Positions 28,971 to 42,001 of a stretch of DNA of 64,000 nt are shown here, in pieces; position 1 is the stretch's first letter, and every line of letters starts with the position of its first letter. A model generated the notes under the pieces. It made no database searches. It was not told where the DNA came from and saw only the letters and a list, made by a program, of their open reading frames with translations. The DNA is from a virus. The stretch lies in IMG/VR virus record IMGVR_UViG_3300029554_000001; one strand, given 5' to 3'. The position numbers were made by a program, and so were the translations under genes.

Positions 28971-29693
28971 ATGGCAGATGAAAACAAACTTTTATCTGAT
29001 GAAAAACAGGTCGATTTGACTCAAAATGAACAGAAAAATGACGAAAAAGTTGAGAAAATTACTCTGGAAGAGCTGATTTACAACGCTTCTAAAATTATTT
29101 CTGGCAAAATTAAACAAGAAGATTTAAATGCTTTTGGAAATAAATTAACAGTTCGTACTTATCTTCCAATTCTTGATAAGATGAGAGCAATGATGACTCT
29201 TATTTTTGATATGAATAATCAAGATGTTGAAATGGAAGAAATTAGAGTTGTATCATTAAGAAAGAATATGTTCTTTAATGTTCTTCTTGCCGAGTATGCA
29301 ATGATTGATGTTTCTAATAAAGATTTACAAACTTATCAAACTTATGATTTACTTTATCCAATTTTTGCTCCTTTTATTTTGCAATATTGCGAAAAAGATT
29401 ATAATGAGATGAAAGAAATGATTCAAGAATCTTTAAATATTTATGCAATGAAAGATTTGGATAGCTTGTTGAATAATATTAATTATCAGACACTTGCGGA
29501 ATCCGCGAAGAAGAATGAAGAGCTTTTAAATAAGATGGCAAGTGATAAAGAAGCTCTTAAGGAAATTAGAGAACTTTATGAAGCATTAAGTAAGTCTCAA
29601 AACGCAGATAAAGCTACAGAAGCTATTAAAAAGTTGACTCAATTAGAAGCTATTAGAACTGATAAAGAGAAAAAAGCAAATAAAAAGGATTAA
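28971..29693 (+). CDS. acidic helical protein (tail assembly chaperone candidate by position)
   Basis: AAAGGAGAG SD. 240-aa intact ORF. Confidence 0.45.
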   Translation: MADENKLLSDEKQVDLTQNEQKNDEKVEKITLEELIYNASKIISGKIKQEDLNAFGNKLTVRTYLPILDKMRAMMTLIFDMNNQDVEMEEIRVVSLRKNMFFNVLLAEYAMIDVSNKDLQTYQTYDLLYPIFAPFILQYCEKDYNEMKEMIQESLNIYAMKDLDSLLNNINYQTLAESAKKNEELLNKMASDKEALKEIRELYEALSKSQNADKATEAIKKLTQLEAIRTDKEKKANKKD

Positions 29694-29712
29694 GCCACAT
29701 TAAATTGTGGTT

Positions 29713-29724
29713 CTCTAGCTAGAG
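29713..29724. repeat. 12-bp perfect palindrome CTCTAGCTAGAG
   Basis: Read directly. Flanked by the small hairpins CCACA..TGTGG (about 29695-29710) and AGATA..TATCT. Confidence 0.7.
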
Positions 29725-29744
29725 ATACATATTATATATCTAAA

Positions 29745-29772
29745 AGAGGGAAGTAAAACGCTTCCCTCTTTA
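29745..29772 (+). terminator. rho-independent terminator
   Basis: AGAGGGAAG (29745-29753) pairs with CTTCCCTCT (29761-29769), followed by TT. Confidence 0.6.
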
Positions 29773-29796
29773 ATAGTTTAAAGAAAGGAAAAGAAT

Positions 29797-30438
29797 ATGA
29801 GTGATTTATCAAATACAGTTTCAAAAGCATTTGAAGATGCTTGTAAAGAAATTGTAAAGAAAATAGAAAAACAAATGCCTCAAAGAATGGCAACTATTAA
29901 GAATGAAGTTTCTTTTGAATATATGTCTTTAGTCAAAAATGTTTTTGAAAGTGTTTTTGATAATTATTACGGGGACAATTATGATAAAGATAGTTTAATG
30001 GATTCTTTGTTTTTTGTTCCGAGTACAAAAAATTTGTGGCCTGATTTAACTTATAATAAAAACAAATTAAAATTTTTAAAGCCTATAGAAAAAGAAAAGA
30101 AAGCATTTAATAAAAATGCAGTAAGAGAATCTACAATAAAACAATTTGGCGATACAGATTTAGTTTTTGATATGGCTACAACTTTATTTAATGAGGCAGA
30201 ATTCGAAGAGGATTTTGCGGGTTTTGATTCATTATCTTAGTGGGATGAAGTGCAAGAATTAACATTCGATTTTTGGAATATGACAAGAGCAAATAATAAT
30301 AGAAACAATTTAAGTCTTTCTCCTATTGAAGAGACTTATAAAATAGCTTATACACGAAGTCAACGAGAATTTGAAAAGCGTTTTAATAAATAGATTAAAC
30401 CGAAAATGCTACAAAAATATGGTATTAAATTAGGATAA
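29797..30438 (+). CDS. hypothetical protein (tail assembly chaperone candidate by position)
   Basis: ORF 29797 is extended through 2 TAG to TAA 30436-30438. Confidence 0.5.
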
Positions 30439-30452
30439 GGAGGAGATTGAAA

Positions 30453-33400
30453 ATGGCTCAAAATCAATACGAAGTAGAAATAAAGCTTGGCTTGGACAAA
30501 AGTACTTAGCTTTTAGACCGAGAAATTGAGAAAATAGATAAAACACTTACTGATAAAATGAGTAAGTTGAATAAACAATTTGAAGAATCTATCAAAGGAT
30601 AGAATTTAACTGCACAAGAAAGATTCGCAAGAAGGTCAGATTTCTTACAAAAAAACAATAGTTCTACTTAGTCTTTACAGTCACAAAAAGAGACTCTTCT
30701 TAGTAAAAAAGCCCAAATTTCTAAAATGTCTGGTGAAATTTCCAATATTGGAAGTGTAAATAGTCAATTTGACACTATTGGAAAATATTTAGCCGAAAGA
30801 GTTGATTTTATTAAACAATTAGATTCTTGGATTGGGCAATATACTAAACAAATCACAGAATTTAAGCCTGTTATTGTTGCTGCCGAGCAACAAAAAGCCT
30901 ATCAACAAAAAATAAAGAAAGAAAGAGAAAAAGCAGCGAAAACAGGCAAAGTAGACTATAAAGCTGAAACCATGGCAAAAAGGAATTTAACTGAGGAATA
31001 GTATAATAAAGAAATTGATGCCATGAGTAAATATTATGAAGCTAACGCAAAAACTAATTAGGCGGAAGAAGATAAAATTACTCGACAGAAAGAGGCTCGT
31101 TTTGCTGAGGAAATGAAAAGGATTGTAACTTAGCAAAAGAAATCTAAAATGTCGGATACGGAGTTTGAGAAACGCCGTCCACAGATAGAAAAAGATGTCA
31201 AAGCATATGTAGATAAGACTCATGCTGGTGGCATAAAAACTTTAGCTGGTTCTGATAAATGGGGTCGAAAAATAGAAGTTAGAGGCTTCCAAGAAGGTTT
31301 TGTAAAAGATTCAGATGACCACTATGTTGATGCTAAAGGCCGTGTTGTAAAAGGTACTGACACTTCTGTTTTAAGAACTACTGCATTTGCTCCTTTTATT
31401 AATAAAGAAGGTGAGTATGTTTCCGCGACTAATTCTGAAGGGCGGCTTAAAAAGTCTATTAGAGTTTATGACCCACGTTTAGCAAATATAGGAAATGTTG
31501 GACAGGTTGGAGATTTAAGAAACCAAACCTATACAGGAATAGAAAATGCATATAATTCTTTGTTGAATCAGCTTAAGATTTTAGAAAGTGGTGGAAAACA
31601 AGGAACTGAGGAATACCAAAAGATTTCTCAACTAGCTTCTTTGATTCCTGAAGTGATTAAAGATGCTTATGCCAATACTTCTTCCAAGGAAATTAAAGCT
31701 GCTTTTGAAGAAGCTTTAACTGGAATGAAAAGTGGTATTACCTCTCTTGAATCTGAGGAGTCCTCGATTGGAGGAGCTTTATATAAAAATAGTGAACTTA
31801 GCGGTGTTTTAAGAGAGCAATTAAAATTAAAAGGTAAAGTATCTAAGATTCAACGGTGGGAAGTGGGGGAGTTACCTGAAATTCCCACACAAGATAAAAC
31901 TGATAGAACAGATGAAAAGCAAATAAAGAGAGACCAAATTAGTGCTAAACAGCAAGAAGTTATTGACCAAAAACATAAAGATGAACTTTGGCATTCAATA
32001 GAAGGGGCCAAAGAAAGTACTTATGATGATAAGGGAGAGCTTTTACAATAGGGTATAAAAGATTTCTTGGCTGGCTTATCTGGTGACAAAGAATAGTTGC
32101 ACAACGCTGTTTTAGCGCTGGTAGAACAAATAGTTCAAACCGCTGGTGTTGATATTGATGCAAAACAGCAAATGAGCGAGGTTATATCTCAACAATCTAT
32201 TAATGTCCCTATAAAATATAAAGGAGAAGAGCGGAATAGTACGTTAGAAAGTGCAATCACTGGAACTTCAAGTGCTAAATATCAAGCTGTTTTAGAAGAA
32301 CAAAGAAGTAAGATGGCTGGAGGGTTATCTGAAGGATTCCAACGTATTCAATCTGCATTAGCATTTCAACAAACTGGAACAGCAGGGGATGAAGCTGTCA
32401 AGCAAGCAGTTGAGAGAATAAATTGGCTCGCTGATATTGTAAGTGAAATAGGTGGCAATTCTGAGCTAGAAGAAGGACTTCGTAAAATAGCAGAAGGTAA
32501 TCCTCGGTTTACTGGAATGGACGCAAACACTATTGCAAATTCTATTTCTAAAATTTATGCTTTTTCCGAGGGGATGGACGCATCTCTTTCTCATAATTTA
32601 AACAATTTAAACCAAGCGAGATAGGCACAAGGACTTAAACCTATCAAAGAAGAAAAATACAGAGAAAAATTCTTCAAAGAAAATCCTGAAATAGCTCAAA
32701 AATATGAAGAATCTAAAGCTGCAAGAGAACGTTATGATTCAGTCGAATCTGACAAGGTAAGTGACAAATTACAAGCGTTCTTTTCTGTTGTTGGACAAAC
32801 AGAAGAAGGGGTTAATAAGTTTATTACAGTTCTTGCTAAAGCTTACGAGAATTTGAACGGAACTATTTCTAAAGTTGTAAAAACAGATGAGGGAGACCGT
32901 AGAGCTACTGCTTCTGCTCAAAGATGGGTGGAAGATACTGTAGAATATAGAGTGAGTTCTTCTGGCAATGCCATTAACCCAAACAAAGGAGTGAATGCTC
33001 CCTATTATCAAAGAGAGGGTATCAGAGGTTAGGATGTAAACTGGGAAGAAATTACAAGTAATCCTTCTCCTGCTTTAACTACCAATTTGTAGAACAAAGC
33101 TGGTTTAACTGGTAATATTTATGATGGTAACAGTCCCCAAGAAAATGCTGAGATTGCAAAAAGTATTCTTGAACAGAAAAAGAAAGAGCTTGCAAGAGTA
33201 CAAGCTTTAGTTGCTAATCCTAAGAGTGAAGCAAGTAAAAATAAAAATTTAAAACGTATTCAAGAAATTTAGGCTGAAATAGATTTTCATTATAAAAACT
33301 GGGATGAACTTGTTATGGCTCAAACCCCAGTTGTTAGAAAAGGTAAAAAGAATACAGGAAAAGATGATTTTAATGTTCCTGTTGCAACGCCCTTGAATCC

Positions 33401-36400
33401 TGAAGCTGAAAGAATCAAGAATTTAAAAGAAAGTGTAAAACAATCTGGTTTTTCTCAAGGGTCTTCTTTTACTGCTAAAAATTCTGTTAGGCGGACTTTT
33501 GGTGGAACAATTACTGGTATAAAAGGAGAAGGAGCTCGGCAAGTTATTGAAGCTCTTTTAGAAGACGGTAAAACTGTTAAATATACGTTTGATAGTTTAT
33601 TAAAATAGCTTATTACTTACTCAGAACAAGCTGCAACAACAGTTGAGGATGTTTCTGAACAAATTAAAACCAATGTAATTCAAGATTCTCAACAAATAGA
33701 ACAAGCAATTGAATCTACTCCTACTATGGCAAATGAAACGTCTCAAACAGAAAAAGCTTTACAACAAGAAGAGGCGGCTATAACCGATGTTAATACTGCT
33801 TTAGATAAACATGAAACAGAAGTTTTATCTGCGGCAGATGCAGAACAACAAAAGATTTTAGTGTCTCAAGATTTAGTTAAATAGTTAACTAAAGAAGAGG
33901 GCGCTTTAGATAAAGTAAGTGAAAGCGCCAAAGAAGCTGAAATTCAAAAAGGTGTTACATATACATATAAAGATTTGCAATCTTATGATGATGCAACACA
34001 TACTTATACCGATACTAATGGTAATAAGTTAAGAAGTATTACTCAACTTGGTGGAGCTTTAAAGGGCTTTATTCCTTCTGCAACAGCTATTGCTGACGAA
34101 AAAGCTTTTATGGCTGCTATTGCTAACACTCCTAAAGGAGAACAATTAACTGCTGAAAAAATTGGCATGACCGCGCAAGACTTTGCTAAAAAGAAAAATG
34201 CAATTATAAGTAGGGAAAAAGGCAATTTAGAGCATGAGGTTTTTGACCTTTTAAGTAAGACTGGATTTTCTGGAGTTGAAGGTTTTGCTGGAAAAGATGT
34301 TGAGGTAAAATGGAACGGTGCTACAGAGATAGTAGATGCTCAAGAACAATTCGCAAGAGTATTAAAAGAAAAAGCAGACCTTTTATCCAAGCTTGGTATT
34401 GACAATGCTGAACAACTTTTATTACAAGCTGTCGAGAGTTATACTAAAGCAATAAATAACGCTCATATTCAATTAACTCCTTTCTCTGAAACTCCTATGG
34501 CTGCGAGTTTTAGTGGTCCAAAAGGAACTTTTGATTATTCTTTTACACCCGACTAGATTGCAAGGAGTTCTGATGGTTCTCCACAGAATTTTATTCTTGA
34601 TACCAAAACTGGTAAGACTTATGGTACAGAAAGTTTCCAACTTGCAGGACAATTGTACGGTGTTTTAGCTAATGCTCAAAACCCTGAATTCCAAAAATTA
34701 TATCAAGAAAGTGGAATTGACACAGATAAAGATTTTTCACTTTTTATCGCCGATGTTAAAGATGGATTTACTCAATTAATTCAACACATGGCTTTAACTG
34801 AAGAGGAATTTTACGACCTCCTTGTTAGAGCAAATGATATTATAGATGGCAAGGCTGAACCTTTAACTAAAGATGAACAAGCAGCTCTCATGAATAGAGA
34901 GATGACCACAGGTAGAGTTTTTGGTAGGTCAGAATCTCCTGTATCTGAAAAAGCTGCTAATAATAATTTTGTTTCTTACGCTCCTGATGAAAATGGTAGC
35001 ATTGATAAAAGAGAGCAAGCTATTATTGGTAGTTATTTAACTGAGTATCAGAAATTAATAAATTATCAAACCCAATTAAATAATTTAAAGAAGCAACAAG
35101 AAGAATTAGCCCAAAATGGTGTCGGTTATACTAGTGAAGAATCACAAAAACTTGAACAACAAATATCGACCATGCAATCTACAGTTAATCTTCAAAAGAA
35201 GATTATGGCGGAAAAGAATCTTGATTATAAGGTTTTAAACACACCTCGGGAAGCTGACAAAGTTGCAATAGGGAATGTTCTTTTATCTGACAAGGGTAGC
35301 AAACTTGCTACGCTGCAATGGGCTAAAATAAATGCGCTTAGTAGTAATAAGCAGAGAAAAAATGACACCAGTGTTACTACTCAGCAAAATACAGAAGCAA
35401 CAAAGGATTTAGATTTACTTTTAAGTCAATATAAAGAACTTCTAAGTCTTCAAAATTAGTTGAAAGAGTCTAACATTAAAGCTGAAAGTTTAACAGGGGA
35501 CAAGCAAGCCGCTCAACAAAATGCTTCTGCTAATTTGCAAGAAAGAATTGATAAACTTCGTGAAATTTCTACTCTTACTGGTGAAATAACAGATGAGAAG
35601 AGAATTGAAGAAGAAATTACAAAAGCCACTTATTTAACTGAGAGTGAAAGAGCTAAGAAATTAAATACTCTTAGAACTACAGTAGGAGAAGCAAATCAAA
35701 AGAATTTAGACATTGACACTAAATATGCTCAAGCGGCAAGAAATAATAACCCAACTCTTCAAAATACTTTAACTGGTTATTATAGAAACCTTGAAGAACA
35801 AGGTAGAATTGAAAGAGAAATTGCTAGAGCAGAAAATAAAGGAATGTCTTTAACTGGAAATGCGGCTATTGAAAATAAATCCTTTATTCATTCTCTGCAA
35901 AGTTAGAAAAACAATTTAGCAAACCAATATAAATATGACGAGCAAAAGAAAACTTTAAATGGTATTGAATTAACAGAAGAGCAAATTAACAAATTAGAAC
36001 AAGAAAGAACTCGTATCTTAAACAACAACCAAATTGAGATGGATAGAGTTGGAAATTCTGTTAATCAAACTAAAGGCTTTTTAACTCAACTTAAGGATAA
36101 TTTTAAAGATAGCTTTTCTCAAATTGGAATGGCTATAATGCAAATATTTTCTTTCCAGTAGATATAGAAAGTATTTAATGATTTTATTTCTGCTACTGAA
36201 AGACTTGACTAGAAAATGGTTGACCTTCAAATTGCAAGTGGTTATACCAAGAGTAATATTCACGATATGATGCTTGAGTTTAATGACTTGGCAAAAGAAA
36301 TCGGTAAAACTACTGAAGAAATTGCTGAAGCTGCAAACGATTGGCTTCGTGCTGGTTACGAAGGACAAGAAGCATCTCAATTAACTAATGCTTCTATGCA

Positions 36401-39400
36401 ATTAAGTACGCTTGGTATGATTAATAGCGCTGATGCTACGAGTTATCTGATTAGTGTGCTTAAAGGATGGAAGTTAGAAGCAACCGAAATTCAAGGAGTA
36501 GTGGACAAATTAACTGCTGTTGACATGCAGGCCGCTATAAGTGCTGGTGATTTGGCAGAAGCTATGTCTCGTGCTAGTAATTCTGCACAAATGGCTGGTA
36601 CAAGTTTAGATAGATATATTGCGTATCTTACCACTATTACAGATGTAACTCAAAAGAGCGCTGCGTCTGTTGGTGAATCTATGAAAACGGTTTATGCACG
36701 TTATTAGAACATTGCCGCTGGTAAATTTGTAGCTGCTGAGTCTGATATTGAAAGCGAGAATTATAATGCCGATGAATGGGCTAACTTAAATGATGTTGAA
36801 AAAGCTCTTGGTGCGTTGGGTATTAATATTAGAGATTCTGTATCTAGCTTTAGAGACTTTGATGATATTATGGATGAAATTGCTAGCAAGTGGAATACAT
36901 ATACAGACGTTCAAAAATCTGGTATTGCTACTTCTCTGGCTGGTGTGAGACAGCGTGAAAACTTGCTTACCTTGTTTGAAAACTGGGACGCTGTTGAAAA
37001 ATTTGAAGAAATTTCTACTAATGCATATGGCACTGCTATTGAAAAAATGAAGTCTTATACTGATAGTGTTGAAGCTGCCAAGAATAGAGTTACTGTTGCT
37101 CTTGAAAAGTGGGTTTTAGCTCTTAATCAGTCTGATACTTTGATTTGGTTCTATAATGCTGTTGCAGACGTTTCTGATAATCTTGTAGCATGGGCGGGAG
37201 CTATTTTACTAGCAACTGCTGCAATGAACTCTGTTGGTTTTGGAAGTACAATGCAAAATGCATGGTCTAAATTTGTTTCATCTTGTATTAATGTTTCTAT
37301 GAAACTTGATAAAATGAATATTTCAACTCAGGGATATTTTACTCAAGGCGGAAGACAAAGTTTAGGAGAATCTTTAAAAGCAAATTATACTGAATCGTTT
37401 AATGTGGCTCTTAAAGAGAATTACGCAAAAAGCTTAACTAATACTATTAATAGTTTAGATAATTTAACTGATAGTACTAAAAAGATATTGGTTGATGGTT
37501 ATGTTCCAATGCAAAATTCCATGCTTAATTACAATACTAAAATAAAAGAAAATATTGCCAGTATTTTAAAAAACACTGCGCTTACCGACGAGTAGGCGGC
37601 ATTACAGCTACGAGAAAATTTGGCTGACCAAAACAATGCATGGGTAGATGCTATGTTGTCTACTATAGATTAGGAAGAGCTTCGTTTAAGGACTGAACAA
37701 ATCACTCAAGGTCAAAGAAGCTTGACTGATGAAGAAAAGCTTTAGATAGCCACAGAAGAATTGGCAAGAAGACGTAATGATGCGGCAGTCAGAACTGTTG
37801 CAGATGATTTAGAAGGCTCTTCTAGGATAAGTCCTCAAAGAGCGGCTTTAAAAGGTGGCGCAACCATGGTTGGGTCTGGTCTTGGTGCTTTAGCTGGTAT
37901 GGCTATTGGAGAAAATCTTCTTGGTGGTGGTTGGGCAACTTCTTTAGGAACCATGATAGGTATGGGTATTGGTGGAAAAGCTACTTCCACTATGGCTCTT
38001 GCATTTGCTGACGCTATGGCGGCAGGAGGTTCTATTTTTACTGGTATGAAGGCAGGCGCAATGGCTTTAGGTCCTGTTCTCGGTATTGGAGTTGCGGCTT
38101 TAGCTATTGGGGCTGGTTATGCTTTGTATAAAAAGCACCAACAAAAAATGATAGAAGAAGCTAAAACTGCTTTTACAGATGCAGCAGAAGAATTAACTAA
38201 TGCCAAATCTTTACAAGCTACCGCTTAGAAATATGATGAACTTTCTAAGGGTGTTGATTCTTTGGGAAGAAATGTTTCTCTTACTGATGAAGAATACGAA
38301 AAATTCCTTGATTATAGTAATCAATTAGTAGAAGCATTTCCTGAATTACGTATTCGTACAGATGAAAATGGCAACGCTATTGCTGATATGGGTAATGAAA
38401 TGGAAACCACTTCTGATAAGGTTAAGGGGTTAATAGATTCTTTACAAACATTGGCAGATTAGAGAATGGTTATGGGTTCTGATGGTGAAAAAGTATTACA
38501 AGATACTTTAGATACTGCGGCTCAGGAATATAAAGATGCGCTTTCAGATTTGAATAATGCAAGGGCTGACAGGGCTAATAATTATACCGATGTAATGGCT
38601 TTACAACAACAAAGAGACCAAGCACAAGAAGAATTAGACAAAGCCCGTGAAGATTACAATGATGCCGAAATAAAACAGCTTCAAGATGAATTAATCAATG
38701 CACAAAATAAATTGGCTGGATATCAGCAAAGACAAGCAAACGGAGAAAAGAATTTAGGTAGTGTCATAGTTCTTGCGCAAGATAATGTTGATAGAGCTAA
38801 AAGAGCTTATGAAAATAAAGTTGGACATCAAGATATTAATACCCTTGAAAATCAAGTTGCTGACCTTGACGTTAAGATAAAAGAAGCTCAAGCTGAAAAT
38901 AACGCTGGTGAAGCTGCTGTTGATGCAGCTCAAAATGCTTATGATAGAGCTATTATAAGTGCTAAAGAAACATTAAGTGAATCTGGTAAGGCTTATGCAA
39001 GACTTATTGGGGCTTATGAAGATGTTGATGATGTAACCAGCAACTTGTTTGATAATGCTATTGGTTCTATTGATGCTGTTGATAAAGCTGGAAATGCCTT
39101 GTCTCCTGAAATGTATAAGCAAAAAGTTAGAGACATGATTAATTCTGTCAATGGTCTTGTTTCTGATGAAACTGTAAAAACTTTAATTGAAGCAACAGAT
39201 GAAAAAATAAACACTGATATGACTGTTGCAGATGCTAATAAAGCTAGAACACAATTAAAGAAATATCTTGAAGATACTTTCCCGAATATTGAAGATGATG
39301 AAAATTTGATGAAAATTGTGGTTGGAATTGGATTTGAAGTTGTTGATGGTGAAATTGTTGATAAATAGAACATAGCACAACAATTTAAAGACAAGTATGG

Positions 39401-42001
39401 ATTTAGTAAACAACCACGGGGTATTACAGAGGATTATTTTAATTCTCTTACTGTTTCTCAAGGTCAAAAACTGTTTAATTGGATGGGTACAGATGGTTAT
39501 TTCTCTAATGGAGTGAATACAAATCAAAGCATTGTTAATTCTATGTTTTACGCAGATAGAGAAACTCCAACTAAATTAACTGGTGAAAATGGGTTAATTA
39601 ATAAATATCTTGAAGATATGAATGCTATGAATGACCTTGAAGCTAAGATTGATGAAGTTTTTAACGGTGATAAATACGATTTAAAGAACTCTAATCTTAA
39701 CGAACTTTTCGCCGAATTTCCTGAAACTGTTAGGAACAGTTTAAGTCAAGTATAGGAAGCCCTTAATAATGGAGACATTGATAAAAATGGATTAGCTGAT
39801 TAGCTGAGGGCGACTTATGATAATGCTTATTCTACTGTTTTGGACGAAGGTAAAAAGATTGCTGAAACTATGTCTTCACAATATTTTTCTGATTTGGAAT
39901 TACCTGACGGCTATATCAAATCTTGGTCTGAATTAAAAGAAGCTTTTTCTGATGTTTCTAGTATTTTTGACCAACTTGCTGATGCAAGAGAGGAAATGGC
40001 CTCTTCTGGCAGATTAAGTATCGAAACCACTCTTGAACTTCTCTCTACAAATGCTGATTATATTAATGCTTTGGAGATTGAGGGAGAGAATATTGTGCTT
40101 AAAACTGACGCCGAAGAAATAATGAATAAAGTTAGACTTTAGACTATTGCTGTTAGTTTACAAGCACAGATTCAAGAAGATAATTTAAGAGTTGCACAAT
40201 TAAAGAATCAACTTCAAACTTTAATGTTGTCTGGTACTTATATTGAAACTTCTGATGCTTTGGTTGAATCTACCAAGGCTAAAGTTTATGCTTATGATTC
40301 AGAAGGAGAAGCTCTTGCTAATTTAGCTAATCAATATTTAACGGCTGCGAATGCTGCTTCTTTGTTGAATAGAGCCCAAAATGGAGAAACAGTAGATATA
40401 GGCAGTGTAAAAGCTGTTAAAACTATTAAGTACACTCCTACAGATAAGTCGGCTTTGGAAAGTAAGACTATTGATTTATCTGGTAATACTGAAGCTCTGC
40501 AAAAATAGATTGAAGTTACCAAGTCTGAGTTGAAAAGTTTGGTTGGTAGTTTTGACGAAGTTGTTACTACAGATAAAACTGGCAAGGTTACTGGTTATGA
40601 TGTTAAATTTAAGACCCATACTGATAAAGATGGAAATATTCATTATGATGAAGGTAATATTGCTATGCGTGAGCACTTGCTTTATAGTGTTTAGGACATG
40701 CTTGAGTCTGGTAATTTAGCTAAAGCGTTCAAGAAAGGTTATACAAAACCAATAAAGAGTGCTGGCAAAGCTGCGAAAGATACTAAAGATAAAGTTCTTG
40801 ACCTTCTCAAAGCTTATGATTCTTTAATCGACAAAGAATGGGAAGCAATGAAAGTATTTGATGAAAATACTTTAACTCCTACTGGATATACCCAATATTT
40901 TGAAAAGAAGAGAGCAAGTCTTGAAAAATTAGCGGCTTATTATGAAGGTATGATGCAAAATACCAATCTCACAGAAGAAGAGAGATTAGATGCAGAAAAG
41001 AATTATATTGAGAATCAAAAAGCTATTAATAACCTTGATGATGAAGAGGTTGAAGACAAGTATAAGATTCTTGAATTATATGGAGCTTCTATTAATTCTT
41101 TGATTTTGATGAAGCAGCAATTAGTTAAGACTTCTGACACATATGAAGAACTTCTTGAGAATCAGAAAGACCTTAATAATCTGCTTCAAGACGAGATTGA
41201 TTTGCGTAAAGAGGTTTCTGAATGGCAACAGAAGTTAAGTGACCGTGAACTTGATTATGTAAAAGGAAGCGCGTGGAGTAATAGTTCTGCTTATGATGCA
41301 GCTATGAACGCTTCTCTTGCAGAAATTGAAAAGTAGATTGAAGCTACTAAAGCTTCTATTCAATTTAATTTTAGTCAAGCTGTTTATGGTTATATGACTG
41401 AAGGTATGAGTGAAATGGAAGCTCGTGCTCATGTTGCATTTGGTAATAGTGATTATTCCAAGGCATATCGTGAAGCACAGCAAGAATATCTTGATTTAAT
41501 TGACTCTAAGACTGAATATGTTGTTAATAGAACTTCTGCACAAATTGAAGAACTTTCTAATAAGCTACAACTTCTTGAAGATTCCAAACCTCAAGAGTGG
41601 ATTAGAATTTCTGATATTGAAAGCTACTATGCAAGTAGGAGCACTTTATTGCAAAATCAAGTTAGTGTTTATCAGAAGGCGTTGGAAGATGTGTCTGATT
41701 TAACTGATGAACAAATTAAAGACCTTGTTGATGGCTTAAATGAAGCTACGGTTGCTTTACATGAAGCTAAGATAAATGCTTTGGAAGATAAGACCGAGCT
41801 TCAAGAAAAGCAATATGATGCAATTGTTTATAGAATTAATCTTTATAAGGATGAGCTTCAGGATGCTATTGATGCTATTGAAAAGGCTTATGAAGATGAG
41901 ATAAAACCCTTGGAAGATGCCAATAAAGAGCGTCAAAGAGCTATAGAACTTGAAAATCTTCTCTTGGCTAAAAAGAACGCCAATAAAGAGAAGGAGAGAG
42001 T
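30453..42001 (+). CDS. giant tail tape-measure protein, exon 1
   Basis: AAGGAGG SD before ATG 30453. The 18 ORF-track fragments from 30726 to 41394 are all in frame 0 and separated only by TAG (33 in this exon). TP901-type tape-measure core at about 36216-37100 (AANDWLRAGY..DKLTAVDMQAAISAGDLAEAM). Gly/Ala-rich TM/glycine-zipper region at 37761-38228. Long coiled coils. Confidence 0.75.
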
